From Candidatus Poribacteria bacterium (GTDB lineage: Bacteria; Poribacteria; WGA-4E; PCPOR2b): a stretch of 64,000 nt of DNA. Positions 37,407-47,340 of the stretch are shown one piece after another. The stretch covers positions 1,024,001 to 1,088,000 of the forward strand of contig OZ220744.1 in the NCBI GenBank assembly GCA_965116925.1, read 5' to 3'. Numbering within the stretch: position 1 is the stretch's first letter; each line of letters begins with the position of its first letter. The notes beneath the pieces were generated by a model, which had not been told where the DNA came from, made no database searches, and saw only the letters and a program-made list of their open reading frames with translations. The position numbers and the translations under genes are program-made.

Positions 37407-38972
37407 TTAGTGCCGAAAATGCCGGACGCCGGTAAAAACCATCGCCATACCGTACCGATCTGCTGTCTCAATCACAGGTGGATCGCCTACCGAGCCACCG
37501 GGCTGAATGATTGCCTGTACACCCGCTTCACCAGCGATTTCAACGCCATCCGGAAATGGAAAGTAGGCATCAGAAGCAAGGACGGATGCTTTCGCCCGGT
37601 CACCTGCTTTGCGCGCCGCGATGATGCACGAATCAACGCGGCTCATCTGCCCAGCACCAATTCCGACTGTCTTTGAATCTTGAGCGAGCAACACGCAGTT
37701 CGATTTGACATGTTTACATGCCTTCCACGCAAACAGCAGTGATTCAATCTCCGCGTCCGTCGGTTGACGCTTTGTGACAACCTTCAGGTCATCGGGCGTA
37801 ATTTCATGGAGGTCTCGGTCTTGGACAAGAACCCCACCGATAACGTTCCTGATCTGTTTAACTGAGGCATCCTGCTGAAGTTTACCTGTTTCGAGAATCG
37901 GTCGACGCTTCACGCGGGAGAGCGCGCGCAATGCTTTCGAGGTGTAACTCGGAGCGATAACGGCATCGATTTTGATTCCTGCGCTTGCTGCCTCACGGAT
38001 AGTGTTCGCTACTTTCAAGGAGACTTTTTGGTTCAAACCGATGACGGAGCCAAAAGCGGAGGTACGATCACAATCGAGGGCATCGTTAAACGCCTCCTCC
38101 AAACTGCCAGCCGTGGCTAATCCACACGGATTGTTATGCTTGATAATTACGCAGGCTGGCTCGGAGAAGTCCTTGACGATTTCAATAGCCGCCTCCAGAT
38201 CAAGGAGGTTATTGAACGAGAGCGGTTGACCACTCAGTTGATTCGCCCACGCCGCACACGGTTCTGGCGAAGCGTGGGTACGATAGAACGCCGCGCGCTG
38301 ATGGGGATTCTCACCATACCGGAGACTTTGAGCACTCTCATATCGGAGGTCGAGCAGGTCTGGAAAGTCCGTATCGGGGGCATCCAGATCGGCGAGATAG
38401 CGTGAAATCGCTGCGTCGTAATGGGCGGTATGTGCAAACGCGGCTTTAGCCAACTGGAAGCGGGTTTCCTCCGAAAGGCAACCATCGTTTGTATCAAGTT
38501 CTGCGATAACGTCGGGATACTGTTGTGGGTCAGTGAGGATAGCCACATCGGGATAGTTTTTGGCAGCTGCCCGAATCATTGACGGGCCACCGATGTCGAT
38601 GTTTTCAATGGCTTCGGCGAGTTTGACCCCTTCCTTGGCAATGGTTGCCTCAAATGGATAAAGATTGGAAACAACGAGATCAATGAAGTCGATTCCTTGG
38701 TTCGATGCCTGAGCCACATGGTCGGGATTATCCCGCATTGCCAACAAGCCGCCGTGGATTTTGGGGTGAAGCGTTTTTACCCGCCCATTGAGCATTTCCG
38801 GGAAACCAGTGTAATCGGACACCTCGCGAATCTCAATCCCCGATTCGCGGAGTGTATTTGCGGTGCCGCCTGTGGAAAGAATTTCTACACCGTGTTGAAC
38901 AAGAGTTTTAGCAAGATTTATCAGACCAGTTTTATCGTACGTACTGATTAATGCGCGTTGTATCTTTTTCAT
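37407..38972 (-). CDS. purH: Bifunctional AICAR transformylase/IMP cyclohydrolase
   Basis: [64 protein letters not shown]. Confidence 0.97.
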   Translation of the reverse strand: MKKIQRALISTYDKTGLINLAKTLVQHGVEILSTGGTANTLRESGIEIREVSDYTGFPEMLNGRVKTLHPKIHGGLLAMRDNPDHVAQASNQGIDFIDLVVSNLYPFEATIAKEGVKLAEAIENIDIGGPSMIRAAAKNYPDVAILTDPQQYPDVIAELDTNDGCLSEETRFQLAKAAFAHTAHYDAAISRYLADLDAPDTDFPDLLDLRYESAQSLRYGENPHQRAAFYRTHASPEPCAAWANQLSGQPLSFNNLLDLEAAIEIVKDFSEPACVIIKHNNPCGLATAGSLEEAFNDALDCDRTSAFGSVIGLNQKVSLKVANTIREAASAGIKIDAVIAPSYTSKALRALSRVKRRPILETGKLQQDASVKQIRNVIGGVLVQDRDLHEITPDDLKVVTKRQPTDAEIESLLFAWKACKHVKSNCVLLAQDSKTVGIGAGQMSRVDSCIIAARKAGDRAKASVLASDAYFPFPDGVEIAGEAGVQAIIQPGGSVGDPPVIETADRYGMAMVFTGVRHFRH

Positions 38973-38985
38973 GCCTCCCTCCTTT

Positions 38986-40263
38986 CTATGCTACGTACCT
39001 CGGATGTCCAAAGCCGTCATTAGCGACGTGGCTACGTGCAGGAATTTCTGACTGATCTGGAATAATCAAATCTATCGCTGACGTGTTTTCGATGATCGTG
39101 CCATCGCCTACCGAGACGTTTTTTCCCAGACGAATCACGCCTGGCTTCATGGCTTCGCTCCGGATGGTTCCGATAACCACTGAAGAACCGATATGGCAAC
39201 CTGTGCCGATTTCAACGAAACCGTAGATCTCTGTATTTGTGCCGACAGTGGAGTGATTTCCGACTCGTACTGGACCCAGCAAGCTTGCGTCTGTACCAAT
39301 CTGCACGAAGTCCCCAAGAATTGGATGACGTTGCTTGACCCTTACGCTCAAACCACCAAGCGTACACGGATAGATGACGCACCCGGAACCGATAACTCCG
39401 GTTTGTCCGGTCGTAAAGCCTCGGTGGGGATGCTCCAAGAAATTGGCATCACCAATCTGTGTTTCCGGGTGGAGATCTGCTTGGTAGTACCTGCCTCCAA
39501 GCTCAGAAATTGCGCGAGGCAAAAGCGGTACAGGACTTCGGTAGAGATTGGGGTTATCCTCAACGGGACCGGATCGGGTTAAGAGATAGCCAACATCGTG
39601 ATAAAAAAGCACCCGCCAACCGGGATATGTGCTGACAACTAACTGCAGCTGATAATCAAAAGCGAATCCCAAATTGAGGGAGTCTAGGACGCTGCGATAG
39701 GGGTGAAATTCCCGTTTTAGGATCGCTTCCTCTACCTTGTCCCTAATGTCCAATTCGATAAGTTTTTCACGGGAAACCCCGCTGTGGAGCAGGTAAGCAT
39801 CCCACACCGCCGGATCCCTTAGAGCAGCAAAACGATTCCATAGAGCACGTTGTTTAAGTCGAGGCAGCTCCCAGAGCAGCGCAAACGTGGTGTCTAACGC
39901 GCGGCTTTCCCATTCACTTTCGTCGGTTACTGCCAAGAAGGATTGGGCAATCATCGCGTAAAGTTGGTCTGCGACCTCTTCAATCGCTTCCGATAGCTCG
40001 TCTTTACTATTTTCTGGACGTGGGGCATTGTGGGAACCGGGGGCCACGCATTCTAAGAGATTACCGAGCACCGTTTCGAGAATATCCCGATTGACAAATC
40101 CCCGTCCAGAGCGAAGGGAGAGGACATCTCGACTTTCACTGTTAATGCGCAAAACCTTAAGTTCATTTGCGGAATAGATCGGACGAATCGCCTCCAATAC
40201 CTGCTTCAGCAGGGGACGCTTCCGGCTTTCATAGGTTGAATCAAAGAGTGTCGTTTCGAGCAT
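38986..40263 (-). CDS. Serine acetyltransferase-like left-handed beta-helix protein with long unknown N-terminal domain
   Basis: DLHPETQIG...LEH..G...GQT...TLGG.....RHPILGD...G..ASLLGPV.VG aligns with the CysE core; about 210 extra N-terminal aa. Confidence 0.65.
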   Translation of the reverse strand: MLETTLFDSTYESRKRPLLKQVLEAIRPIYSANELKVLRINSESRDVLSLRSGRGFVNRDILETVLGNLLECVAPGSHNAPRPENSKDELSEAIEEVADQLYAMIAQSFLAVTDESEWESRALDTTFALLWELPRLKQRALWNRFAALRDPAVWDAYLLHSGVSREKLIELDIRDKVEEAILKREFHPYRSVLDSLNLGFAFDYQLQLVVSTYPGWRVLFYHDVGYLLTRSGPVEDNPNLYRSPVPLLPRAISELGGRYYQADLHPETQIGDANFLEHPHRGFTTGQTGVIGSGCVIYPCTLGGLSVRVKQRHPILGDFVQIGTDASLLGPVRVGNHSTVGTNTEIYGFVEIGTGCHIGSSVVIGTIRSEAMKPGVIRLGKNVSVGDGTIIENTSAIDLIIPDQSEIPARSHVANDGFGHPRYVA

Positions 40264-40312
40264 GTTGTTTATACTTTCGATTTGCGTACTGTTTTCTCAC
40301 TCACGATACTGT

Positions 40313-41110
40313 TCACAACCCCAATTCTTTCAGCAGCTGAATCTTCTTCATTCGATTCGGACCCGCTGTTTCAAAAAACTGGTCGGAGACCAGCCGTCCA
40401 GTCTCAGGGGCCCACATCTTCGCATAGCTCTTATTGAATGTAACAATGCGTTCAATCTCCCATGCCATCCGTGGTTGTGTTCTCATCATCCACGCCATCT
40501 GTCGCCGGTTAGCACCGCCGCCCCAAGATGAATGCCAAATCCGTGTGTTAAAAGCGATAACATCTCCCTTTTCCATTGGCAGCTCATAGCGTCCGGGAAA
40601 TTCTTGCATAGGATAGCCAAGTGCACACTCGTCTATCCCCTTTTCAAGTTCGGTATAATGGAGCGGCCACAGGTGGCTGCCGGGGATGAAACTCAAGCAC
40701 CCTTTACCCGGTGCAACATCATCCAGATAAAATGTCAGTTTGGCTTCAATTCCGGGTTCGGGTAAACTCCCATCGCGATGCCAGTTTGTGTTCCCATTGT
40801 GAATCTGTCCATCGGAACTGCCGAAAAAGATGCAGTCTGCTCCAAGCAAATCTTCGGCGATGCTAGCCAGTTTGGGATGATCTAGCAGGTTGTAGAAATA
40901 CGGATCTGCCTCAATCAACGGAACGATGACGCGGTGCCCGTCTGGAAATATCCGTGCTCCGGGGACTGACGTATCCCCTTGATCTTTACCGTTAGCGATA
41001 ATTGCGTCAAATCTCCAAGAAAACTCGGCGACCTCTTCAGGTGTTAGAACAGCAGGGACTTTAACGAAACCCAACAGGTAAAAGTGTGTTTTCTGATCAT
41101 CCGTCAACAT
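40313..41110 (-). CDS. PhyH family dioxygenase
   Basis: LTDDQ..F...GF, WHRD, FIPGSH, GD...F....WHS. Confidence 0.88.
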   Translation of the reverse strand: MLTDDQKTHFYLLGFVKVPAVLTPEEVAEFSWRFDAIIANGKDQGDTSVPGARIFPDGHRVIVPLIEADPYFYNLLDHPKLASIAEDLLGADCIFFGSSDGQIHNGNTNWHRDGSLPEPGIEAKLTFYLDDVAPGKGCLSFIPGSHLWPLHYTELEKGIDECALGYPMQEFPGRYELPMEKGDVIAFNTRIWHSSWGGGANRRQMAWMMRTQPRMAWEIERIVTFNKSYAKMWAPETGRLVSDQFFETAGPNRMKKIQLLKELGL

Positions 41111-41133
41111 GATATTTCCTCAAAATCGGAAAT

Positions 41134-41946
41134 TCATACAAACCTCAGTTTCACATCTGGTTGGGCAAGGTCGTACTTCACAGCGAGTTCATAAAACCTC
41201 TTCAACCCGGCAATTTCAGAATCACCGAGCTCATAGCAGATATGCTTGGTAAGATAATCACGACAGAGACTTTCTGGGAAACCGAGTCTTTGGGATTCAG
41301 TTCGGACAATCTCAGGAATGTTTTTAATGCCGTCTTCCTTTGCGTTCAAAAGGATTTGAGGAACTTGTCCCAGTTCAACCTCTCCCCGTGCCACCCAGCA
41401 GGCATAGACAAACGGTAACCCTGTCAACGTTGTCCATTCCGCACCGAGATCTAAAGTATAATCCGTTGCATCAAGTCGCCTCAACGCCGCATCCCCAATC
41501 AGCAGCACTGCGTCCGTATCAGCCTCTTGCGGGCCGATAGTAGGCGGACAGGAATGCAATTCGGGATGTAAGTTATATTTCTCGGCGAGCACGATCTGTA
41601 CAAGCGCACGGGATGAGCGGGAACTAGTGTCAAGTGCGACGCTGCGGATGGCGGAAATCGGCACACGACTGAGCAGTTGAATGCTCAATACCGGTCCTCG
41701 CGAGCAGATTGAAATGTCCTGTATGATTCTATACTCGCTATTTGTTCGGAAATATTCAATGATCGGAATCAAACCAACATCAATGGCTCCGTCCTTTAGT
41801 TCTGCCGCTAAACAGCTCGGCACTGCCAAGCTAAGTTCGATTGTTTCACTACCGGGGAATTGAGGATCCTCCAAAAGGGGGTAAATCAATGGCTTCGTGT
41901 TGAGAAACGAAACCGCCCCAACTTTTACGCGGCTTTCCTGTGCCAT
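41134..41946 (-). CDS. mqnA: Chorismate dehydratase (futalosine pathway)
   Basis: VSFLNTKPL, GPVLSI, SSRSS..L, LLIGDAAL, DLGAEW..LTGLPFVYA; adjacent to mqnE. Confidence 0.92.
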   Translation of the reverse strand: MAQESRVKVGAVSFLNTKPLIYPLLEDPQFPGSETIELSLAVPSCLAAELKDGAIDVGLIPIIEYFRTNSEYRIIQDISICSRGPVLSIQLLSRVPISAIRSVALDTSSRSSRALVQIVLAEKYNLHPELHSCPPTIGPQEADTDAVLLIGDAALRRLDATDYTLDLGAEWTTLTGLPFVYACWVARGEVELGQVPQILLNAKEDGIKNIPEIVRTESQRLGFPESLCRDYLTKHICYELGDSEIAGLKRFYELAVKYDLAQPDVKLRFV

Positions 41947-43061
41947 TGATTTCCTTCTCGAATAATTTCGTTATAGAGCGTGTCGCGCTCAACGGAAATG
42001 CGACCGGCTTCCTCGATCAGCTGGACAATCTCTTCTGCTGAGATGGCTTCCGGCGTGTCAGCACCAGCCATATGCGTAATCTTCTCTTCCGTCACCGTAC
42101 CGTCGATGTCATCTGCGCCAAAGCTCAGCGCGATTTGTGCTGTCTTCAGTCCGGTCATAATCCAATACACTTTGATGTGCGGGAAATTGTCAAGCAACAG
42201 ACGCGACACCGCTATATTTTGCAGGTCGGTCAGACCGGACGTGCTCGGTAGGTAGTCCATTCGTGTGTTTTCGGGATGGAATGCCAACGGGATAAAGGTG
42301 ACAAAACCGCCCGATCTGTCCTGCTGCTCGCGAAGCTGAATCAGGTGGTCCACCCGATCTTCAGTCGTTTCGAGATGTCCATAGAGCATCGTCGCGTTTG
42401 TTGAGATACCGAGCCGGTGTGCGCTGTCATGGATTTCAAGCCAACCCTCTGCGCTCAGTTTACCGGGACAAATTTTTTCTCGCGTCTCCTCCGCGAAAAT
42501 CTCCGCCCCACCGCCGGGTAGCGAATCTAGTCCTGCCTCGCGCAACGCAATCAGAACCTCCTCAATTGACATCTTGAATATCCGTGCAAAGTGGTGGATC
42601 TCCACAGCTGTGAAAAACTTGAGATGCACCTGCGGCATCCGTTTTTTCAATCCACGAAGCATGTCAAGGTAGTATTCAAACGGTAGTTTGGGGTGCAATC
42701 CACCCACACTGTGAATTTCCGTGCAGCCGTGGTCAATCGAATACATCGCCTTATCCAGAAACTCATCGACGCTCATCTCCCACGCGCCTTCGGTCTCTAT
42801 ATTCTTCCGTGCAAACGCACAAAAGTGGCAACGGGCATGTAGGATACACACATTTGAATAGTCGATATGCTGGTTGAAGTTATAGTAGGCAACATTTCCG
42901 TTTTGTCGCTCTCGTACGATATTGGCGAGATACCCAACTCCGTTGATATCCGGGCTTTCATAAAGCCTTACCCCATCCTCAAATGAGAGGCGTTCCTCCG
43001 CCTGTACTTTCTCGTAGATGGGATGAAGCGTTGCGTCTGTGATTGGTAAAAATCTTTCCAT
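41925..43061 (-). CDS. mqnE: Aminofutalosine synthase (radical SAM)
   Basis: VGGLHP, FTAVEI, SLPGGGAEIF, NATMLYGH, FIPLAFHPENT, HIKVYWIM, E.ITHMAGA. Confidence 0.92.
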   Translation of the reverse strand: MERFLPITDATLHPIYEKVQAEERLSFEDGVRLYESPDINGVGYLANIVRERQNGNVAYYNFNQHIDYSNVCILHARCHFCAFARKNIETEGAWEMSVDEFLDKAMYSIDHGCTEIHSVGGLHPKLPFEYYLDMLRGLKKRMPQVHLKFFTAVEIHHFARIFKMSIEEVLIALREAGLDSLPGGGAEIFAEETREKICPGKLSAEGWLEIHDSAHRLGISTNATMLYGHLETTEDRVDHLIQLREQQDRSGGFVTFIPLAFHPENTRMDYLPSTSGLTDLQNIAVSRLLLDNFPHIKVYWIMTGLKTAQIALSFGADDIDGTVTEEKITHMAGADTPEAISAEEIVQLIEEAGRISVERDTLYNEIIREGNQWHRKAA

Positions 43062-43085
43062 TGTTACTCCTGTGTCAATTTTGAA

Positions 43086-43866
43086 TCAATTTCTAAATCT
43101 TTCAAAGTACTGGTCAATCTCAGGTCGTAATTCGATACCAACTCTTTCAAAACAATCTAATAGATCCTGATATGCACCATCTCCACCTAAAAAATCCCAA
43201 AATTCATCGGCAACTATTAGTTCTTGTTCTAAATCCAACATCCCTTTTGCTGTCCAGCGTTTATAAGGTTCGGGCTCATACGGATTGTAAGGAATTGCAA
43301 TGAGAGAATGAATATCAAGGTTTGGATTCTTTGCTAAAGCGATTGCACACCAGTCTAGCAGTGTTTTCTTAAACTTCTCAAAGTCGCCCTTGTTTGGCTT
43401 GACTGTTTTCAGATCGAAAAGAAATAACGAACCTTCATCGTTTTCAACCAACAGATCAGCCTGCCTAGTCCCTAGTCTATTCATTTGTCCTTTTTGACAC
43501 ACATTCTTAATCTTCTGAATTTCTTCGCATTTATCTGGATCTGTATCTCCTATTGTTAGCCCATTCATAATACCTTGGATTTCGCGTTGGGCATATTCGC
43601 TAATCTCGTTGCCAACCACATATTGTGATTGTGCCTTTACGAAACGAGTTTTGGCTAATGTCTCCGCGACTGGTTCAAAAATAGATGTTCCAAATGTTGT
43701 ATTCAACGACTGAATAAATGAATAGAGAGCCATTCTATCTTGCCCTAGCAAGCGATAATGAAAGGGCATGTTTTTAGACTCTCGTTTGTAATTTTGAATT
43801 TTTTTTCCTTAAACTCTCTCTGATTGTTGCTTCAACTGATGTGGTCTGTTCCGCGGATAGCGGCAT
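43086..43866 (-). pseudogene. Type II restriction endonuclease (TdeIII/MjaII-like), frameshifted at an A8 run
   Basis: MPFHYRLLG.DRMA.YSFIQSLNTTFG, ADL...D.KT.KPN, PYNPY. Upstream ATG at 43866 joins this frame if one A of the run at 43799-43806 is removed. Confidence 0.75.
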
Positions 43867-43884
43867 ATTTATCCCAATCTGTAC

Positions 43885-45471
43885 TTAGTTTGATTTTAGG
43901 TGGAAAATACTCTCGGAATATGCGCCCTTGTCTTTTTCTGTTCTGTTGAGAACAGGTCGTTTATATTGATTGACAATCTGCATTCCCGAATGCTCCGCAA
44001 TCGTTGGATACATATTGAACTTGTCATTTGCCACCAGAAAAACATCATAATCTTCAGATAAGAATCTTTTACAATTCCGCAGCACCTCCGAAATACCTTT
44101 GATATATTGCTCTCTCGCTTCTTTTCCCTTGCCTTTAAAGAGCGGTCCAATCTCTAGTGCATCTTTTCGATCAAATTCAAATAGATCATAGGCGTAGGCG
44201 TGTTGTTCATGATAGTTAATCAATCCAACATACGGTGGACTGGAGAAAACCCCTTTAATCTTCTGCTCCTTCACGAGTTGAGAAAAATCTGGGTTATCTA
44301 CTTCTAATGCTTTGATAATGTCAATTGTCCGAGAATCTCCAGTTAGACAGGTTTGAAAAGTGTCAGTTCTCAATTTATCAAACTGAACGAGGCGTTGAAT
44401 TGTATCTTGACAGTATCGTTCCCACCAACTCAATATTGAAAACAATGGCTTGCACATCTTGCCATGCTTGGCACAGTAATAGACTGATGTTACGGGTTCT
44501 TTTAAGGTTGCTAAATCTGCATGAGTCGTTGCCCGGCAAGTACGGATTGTTCGACTCAAAATAATCTGAATCACCCGCTGTGTTTCACGATTTTGGATAT
44601 GTTTGACGCGCTCAAAGACAAGGTCGATCTCTTCTCTTACAGGCGATAAGTACCACATATCGAGGAAATTCTCTGATTTTCTTTGCCACAACTTGACTCC
44701 ATATTGGTTGATGAGTTGAAAATATCTGAGCGAGAATTGATCCTCTTTTTCTTTTCCATATTTCTCTTGATCAATCTGTCCTTGCCTGACTTTGTATTTG
44801 AAATCAGGAGACGGAAAATATTCATTATTAAACTCGTTGAGTTCTTCAGCGAGTTGTGCTTCAAATTGAGCGACATTGGATTCGCCGATAAACCGCTTCA
44901 AGGCGTTTGTGATATTGTGAATTTCATTCTGTACATCAACAAGACTATGTTTCTCTACTTTGATGTTGCTGATGAGCGTATTAAATGCGGAAATATCAAC
45001 CCCGATAGCGTGCATTCCAAGCTCGTTGGCTTGTACCAGTGTTGTGCCGCTACCACAAAACGGATCAAGGATAATATCACCTTGTTTGAAACACACATCT
45101 TTTTTGAAATCATCCGTATGACCATCTAAGAAGTATTCAACCAGTTGGGGGATGAATTTGCCTTTATATGGGTGGAGTCTATGGACATGTTTCGTCGTAT
45201 CGGCCTCTTTCAGATAATCAAATGACAACCCCCAGTTGATGTCTTCACCGAGTTGTGCCTTCCAGTTGATTTCTCGTGTGCCTAGATATGAACGGTAGTA
45301 TTTGATCAGATCCTGTTTTGAAACTCTGGTGGAACCATTGTCGTCATATTTCCGGATTCTTCCATACTGAATCAGATAAGAGATGTTAGAATTTGTCACA
45401 TTTTTTTTTAGATAGTCCGTCGCCCATTTGCTCGCTTCAGGAATTGTCATTAAATTTGTATCTGCAATCAT
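43885..45471 (-). CDS. Site-specific DNA methyltransferase (probably N4-cytosine) with N-terminal HTH
   Basis: HPYKGKFIPQL, DPFCGSGTT (motif I), SSPPY (motif IV); N-terminal TIPEASKWA...ISYLIQYGRI. Confidence 0.9.
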   Translation of the reverse strand: MIADTNLMTIPEASKWATDYLKKNVTNSNISYLIQYGRIRKYDDNGSTRVSKQDLIKYYRSYLGTREINWKAQLGEDINWGLSFDYLKEADTTKHVHRLHPYKGKFIPQLVEYFLDGHTDDFKKDVCFKQGDIILDPFCGSGTTLVQANELGMHAIGVDISAFNTLISNIKVEKHSLVDVQNEIHNITNALKRFIGESNVAQFEAQLAEELNEFNNEYFPSPDFKYKVRQGQIDQEKYGKEKEDQFSLRYFQLINQYGVKLWQRKSENFLDMWYLSPVREEIDLVFERVKHIQNRETQRVIQIILSRTIRTCRATTHADLATLKEPVTSVYYCAKHGKMCKPLFSILSWWERYCQDTIQRLVQFDKLRTDTFQTCLTGDSRTIDIIKALEVDNPDFSQLVKEQKIKGVFSSPPYVGLINYHEQHAYAYDLFEFDRKDALEIGPLFKGKGKEAREQYIKGISEVLRNCKRFLSEDYDVFLVANDKFNMYPTIAEHSGMQIVNQYKRPVLNRTEKDKGAYSESIFHLKSN

Positions 45472-45648
45472 TTTTGGCTCGTCTTTTTGTTCAGGGGCCC
45501 ACGTAAATTTCCAAGATCCGATATAAATATTATAGCCCAGCAGGTGCGACGGTGCAAGCGAATATTTCGTCTTGCCTGCGGCTTTTGTTTCTGTTACACT
45601 TTCGATGATGTGTATAATCTACTTATCTATTTTGCGAGGAAATCTACA

Positions 45649-46449
45649 ATGGATCTTGCGCCAGCCCGTATTATCACACTGATGACCGATTTCGGGACAA
45701 GCGATCATTACGTCGGCGTCATGAAAGGTGTGATTCTGAATATCAATCCGCAAGTTCAGATTGTTGACGTTACGCACGCTATTCCACCCCAGGATGTTAG
45801 TGGTGCTGCATTCCTGATTGATTCGGCGTATCGTTATTTTCCGACTGGCACTATCCATGTGATAGTCGTAGATCCAGGGGTGGGGAGTGAACGCCAAGCC
45901 ATCGTCTGTCAAACAGAAACAGCCTATTTCGTCTGCCCGGACAACGGGATTTTGACCCATATCCTCCGTGATGAAGAGCGTATCTACACCGTAGCAGTGG
46001 AAAATTCAGCTTACTTTCTCCCACAGGTGAGCAACACTTTTCACGGTAGAGACATCTTCGCTCCCGTTGCGGCACGCCTTTCACGTGGTATACCAATTGA
46101 TAAGCTGGGCAGTCCCGCTGCACAGCCTGTGCAGCTCCCCATCCCAAAACCTCAAGTGATGGACAAAGCGATTATCGGACAGGTTATCTGGATTGATTCC
46201 TTCGGGAATTTAGTCACAAACATCTCTCACGAAATCTTGCAGGTATTGGAAGGGCGGGACAACGTTGTCATCCATGCGGGAAGCGCGGAGATTGACCATT
46301 TCAACCGCTCGTACACAGAATCAGCAGTCGGCGAGGCTTTAGCAATCGTCGGCAGTTTTAATCGGCTGGAAATCTCAATCAACCAAGGCAATGCAGCACA
46401 AGTCCTCGGACTGAAACGAGGGGATACAATCACAATTTGTATGGAATAA
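45649..46449 (+). CDS. DUF62 SAM hydroxide adenosyltransferase (cytoplasmic paralog)
   Basis: TDFG..D.YVG.MKG, DPGVGSER, PDNG, TFHGRDIF, DSFGNLVTN; start at MDLAP with GAGGA SD. Confidence 0.92.
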   Translation: MDLAPARIITLMTDFGTSDHYVGVMKGVILNINPQVQIVDVTHAIPPQDVSGAAFLIDSAYRYFPTGTIHVIVVDPGVGSERQAIVCQTETAYFVCPDNGILTHILRDEERIYTVAVENSAYFLPQVSNTFHGRDIFAPVAARLSRGIPIDKLGSPAAQPVQLPIPKPQVMDKAIIGQVIWIDSFGNLVTNISHEILQVLEGRDNVVIHAGSAEIDHFNRSYTESAVGEALAIVGSFNRLEISINQGNAAQVLGLKRGDTITICME

Positions 46450-46483
46450 AACCGACGTAGATCTTAAAGTTTCTAAATATCTG

Positions 46484-47335
46484 CTAATCTGTTTTATAAT
46501 CTGTTTGAGGCATACCTTCGGGTCTTGGGTAGGTTTCTAGGAAACCGTGTGGGGTACGGAGGAGGTACTTTAACCAACTTCCCTCTGGCGCATCGTCAAA
46601 GAGACGTTGGTAAAGCGTATCGCCTCCAAAAGAATTCGCAATGACCCCAGGACAGTAGGTGAAGATGATGGTCCTACGCACCTTATCCGTGGTGTTGAAC
46701 GAACCGTGGCGCATATCGTGAGTAAAAAGCAGGACAGAGCCCGCCTTCATCGGAATTTCAACATACATATCCTTCAATGCGTCGTCGGGCGGTGACGGAT
46801 AGTTGGCTTTGTGGCTGCCCGGAATGACCTGCAATCCACCTTCGCCGGGATTGATGTCGCACATTGCGTAAAACACTTGGAAGAGGTTGTGATGGATACG
46901 ACCGTTAAAGTGATAAAAATTGTGCGTTACCGACGGTGTGTGATTGGAGTGAGCCACCGTCCTGCCTCCGTTCCACTTAAATGTCACCCATGTTGACTTG
47001 AGTCTGGGACGATCCACCATCTCATCAATATAGGGGAGCACTTTCGGATTCACAACGAGGGCTAGTAAGGATGGCTCCTGATTCAGAATGTCATCGTATC
47101 TGACTTCAGGATTTGCCGATTTTGGCAGGGCGAGGAAATCTTGCAATGCCCGTTCTTCCCAGATATCCAGACGCTTGTTTAGATACGCGAGATAGTCAGG
47201 CGCAATGGCATCTTCGATCAACAGATATCCATTTACATCGTAGTGATACAGTTCTTCGGGGGTCACGATAAAACGCTCCTTTAGGGCTAAGACAACAATC
47301 GTTGTGCCCGACTGGGATACAAATTCGTGGTTCAC
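46484..47335 (-). CDS. PhyH family dioxygenase with atypical HxN motif (start uncertain)
   Basis: NGYLLIEDA, AHSNH, VIPGSHKAN, KAG...F.....HGS. Confidence 0.82.
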   Translation of the reverse strand: MNHEFVSQSGTTIVVLALKERFIVTPEELYHYDVNGYLLIEDAIAPDYLAYLNKRLDIWEERALQDFLALPKSANPEVRYDDILNQEPSLLALVVNPKVLPYIDEMVDRPRLKSTWVTFKWNGGRTVAHSNHTPSVTHNFYHFNGRIHHNLFQVFYAMCDINPGEGGLQVIPGSHKANYPSPPDDALKDMYVEIPMKAGSVLLFTHDMRHGSFNTTDKVRRTIIFTYCPGVIANSFGGDTLYQRLFDDAPEGSWLKYLLRTPHGFLETYPRPEGMPQTDYKTD

Positions 47336-47340
47336 ATATT

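Noticed and set aside
25013..46449. DUF62 genes as true fluorinase/chlorinase
   Set aside because: Both keep the Asp-Arg-His hydrolase triad (TFHGRD).
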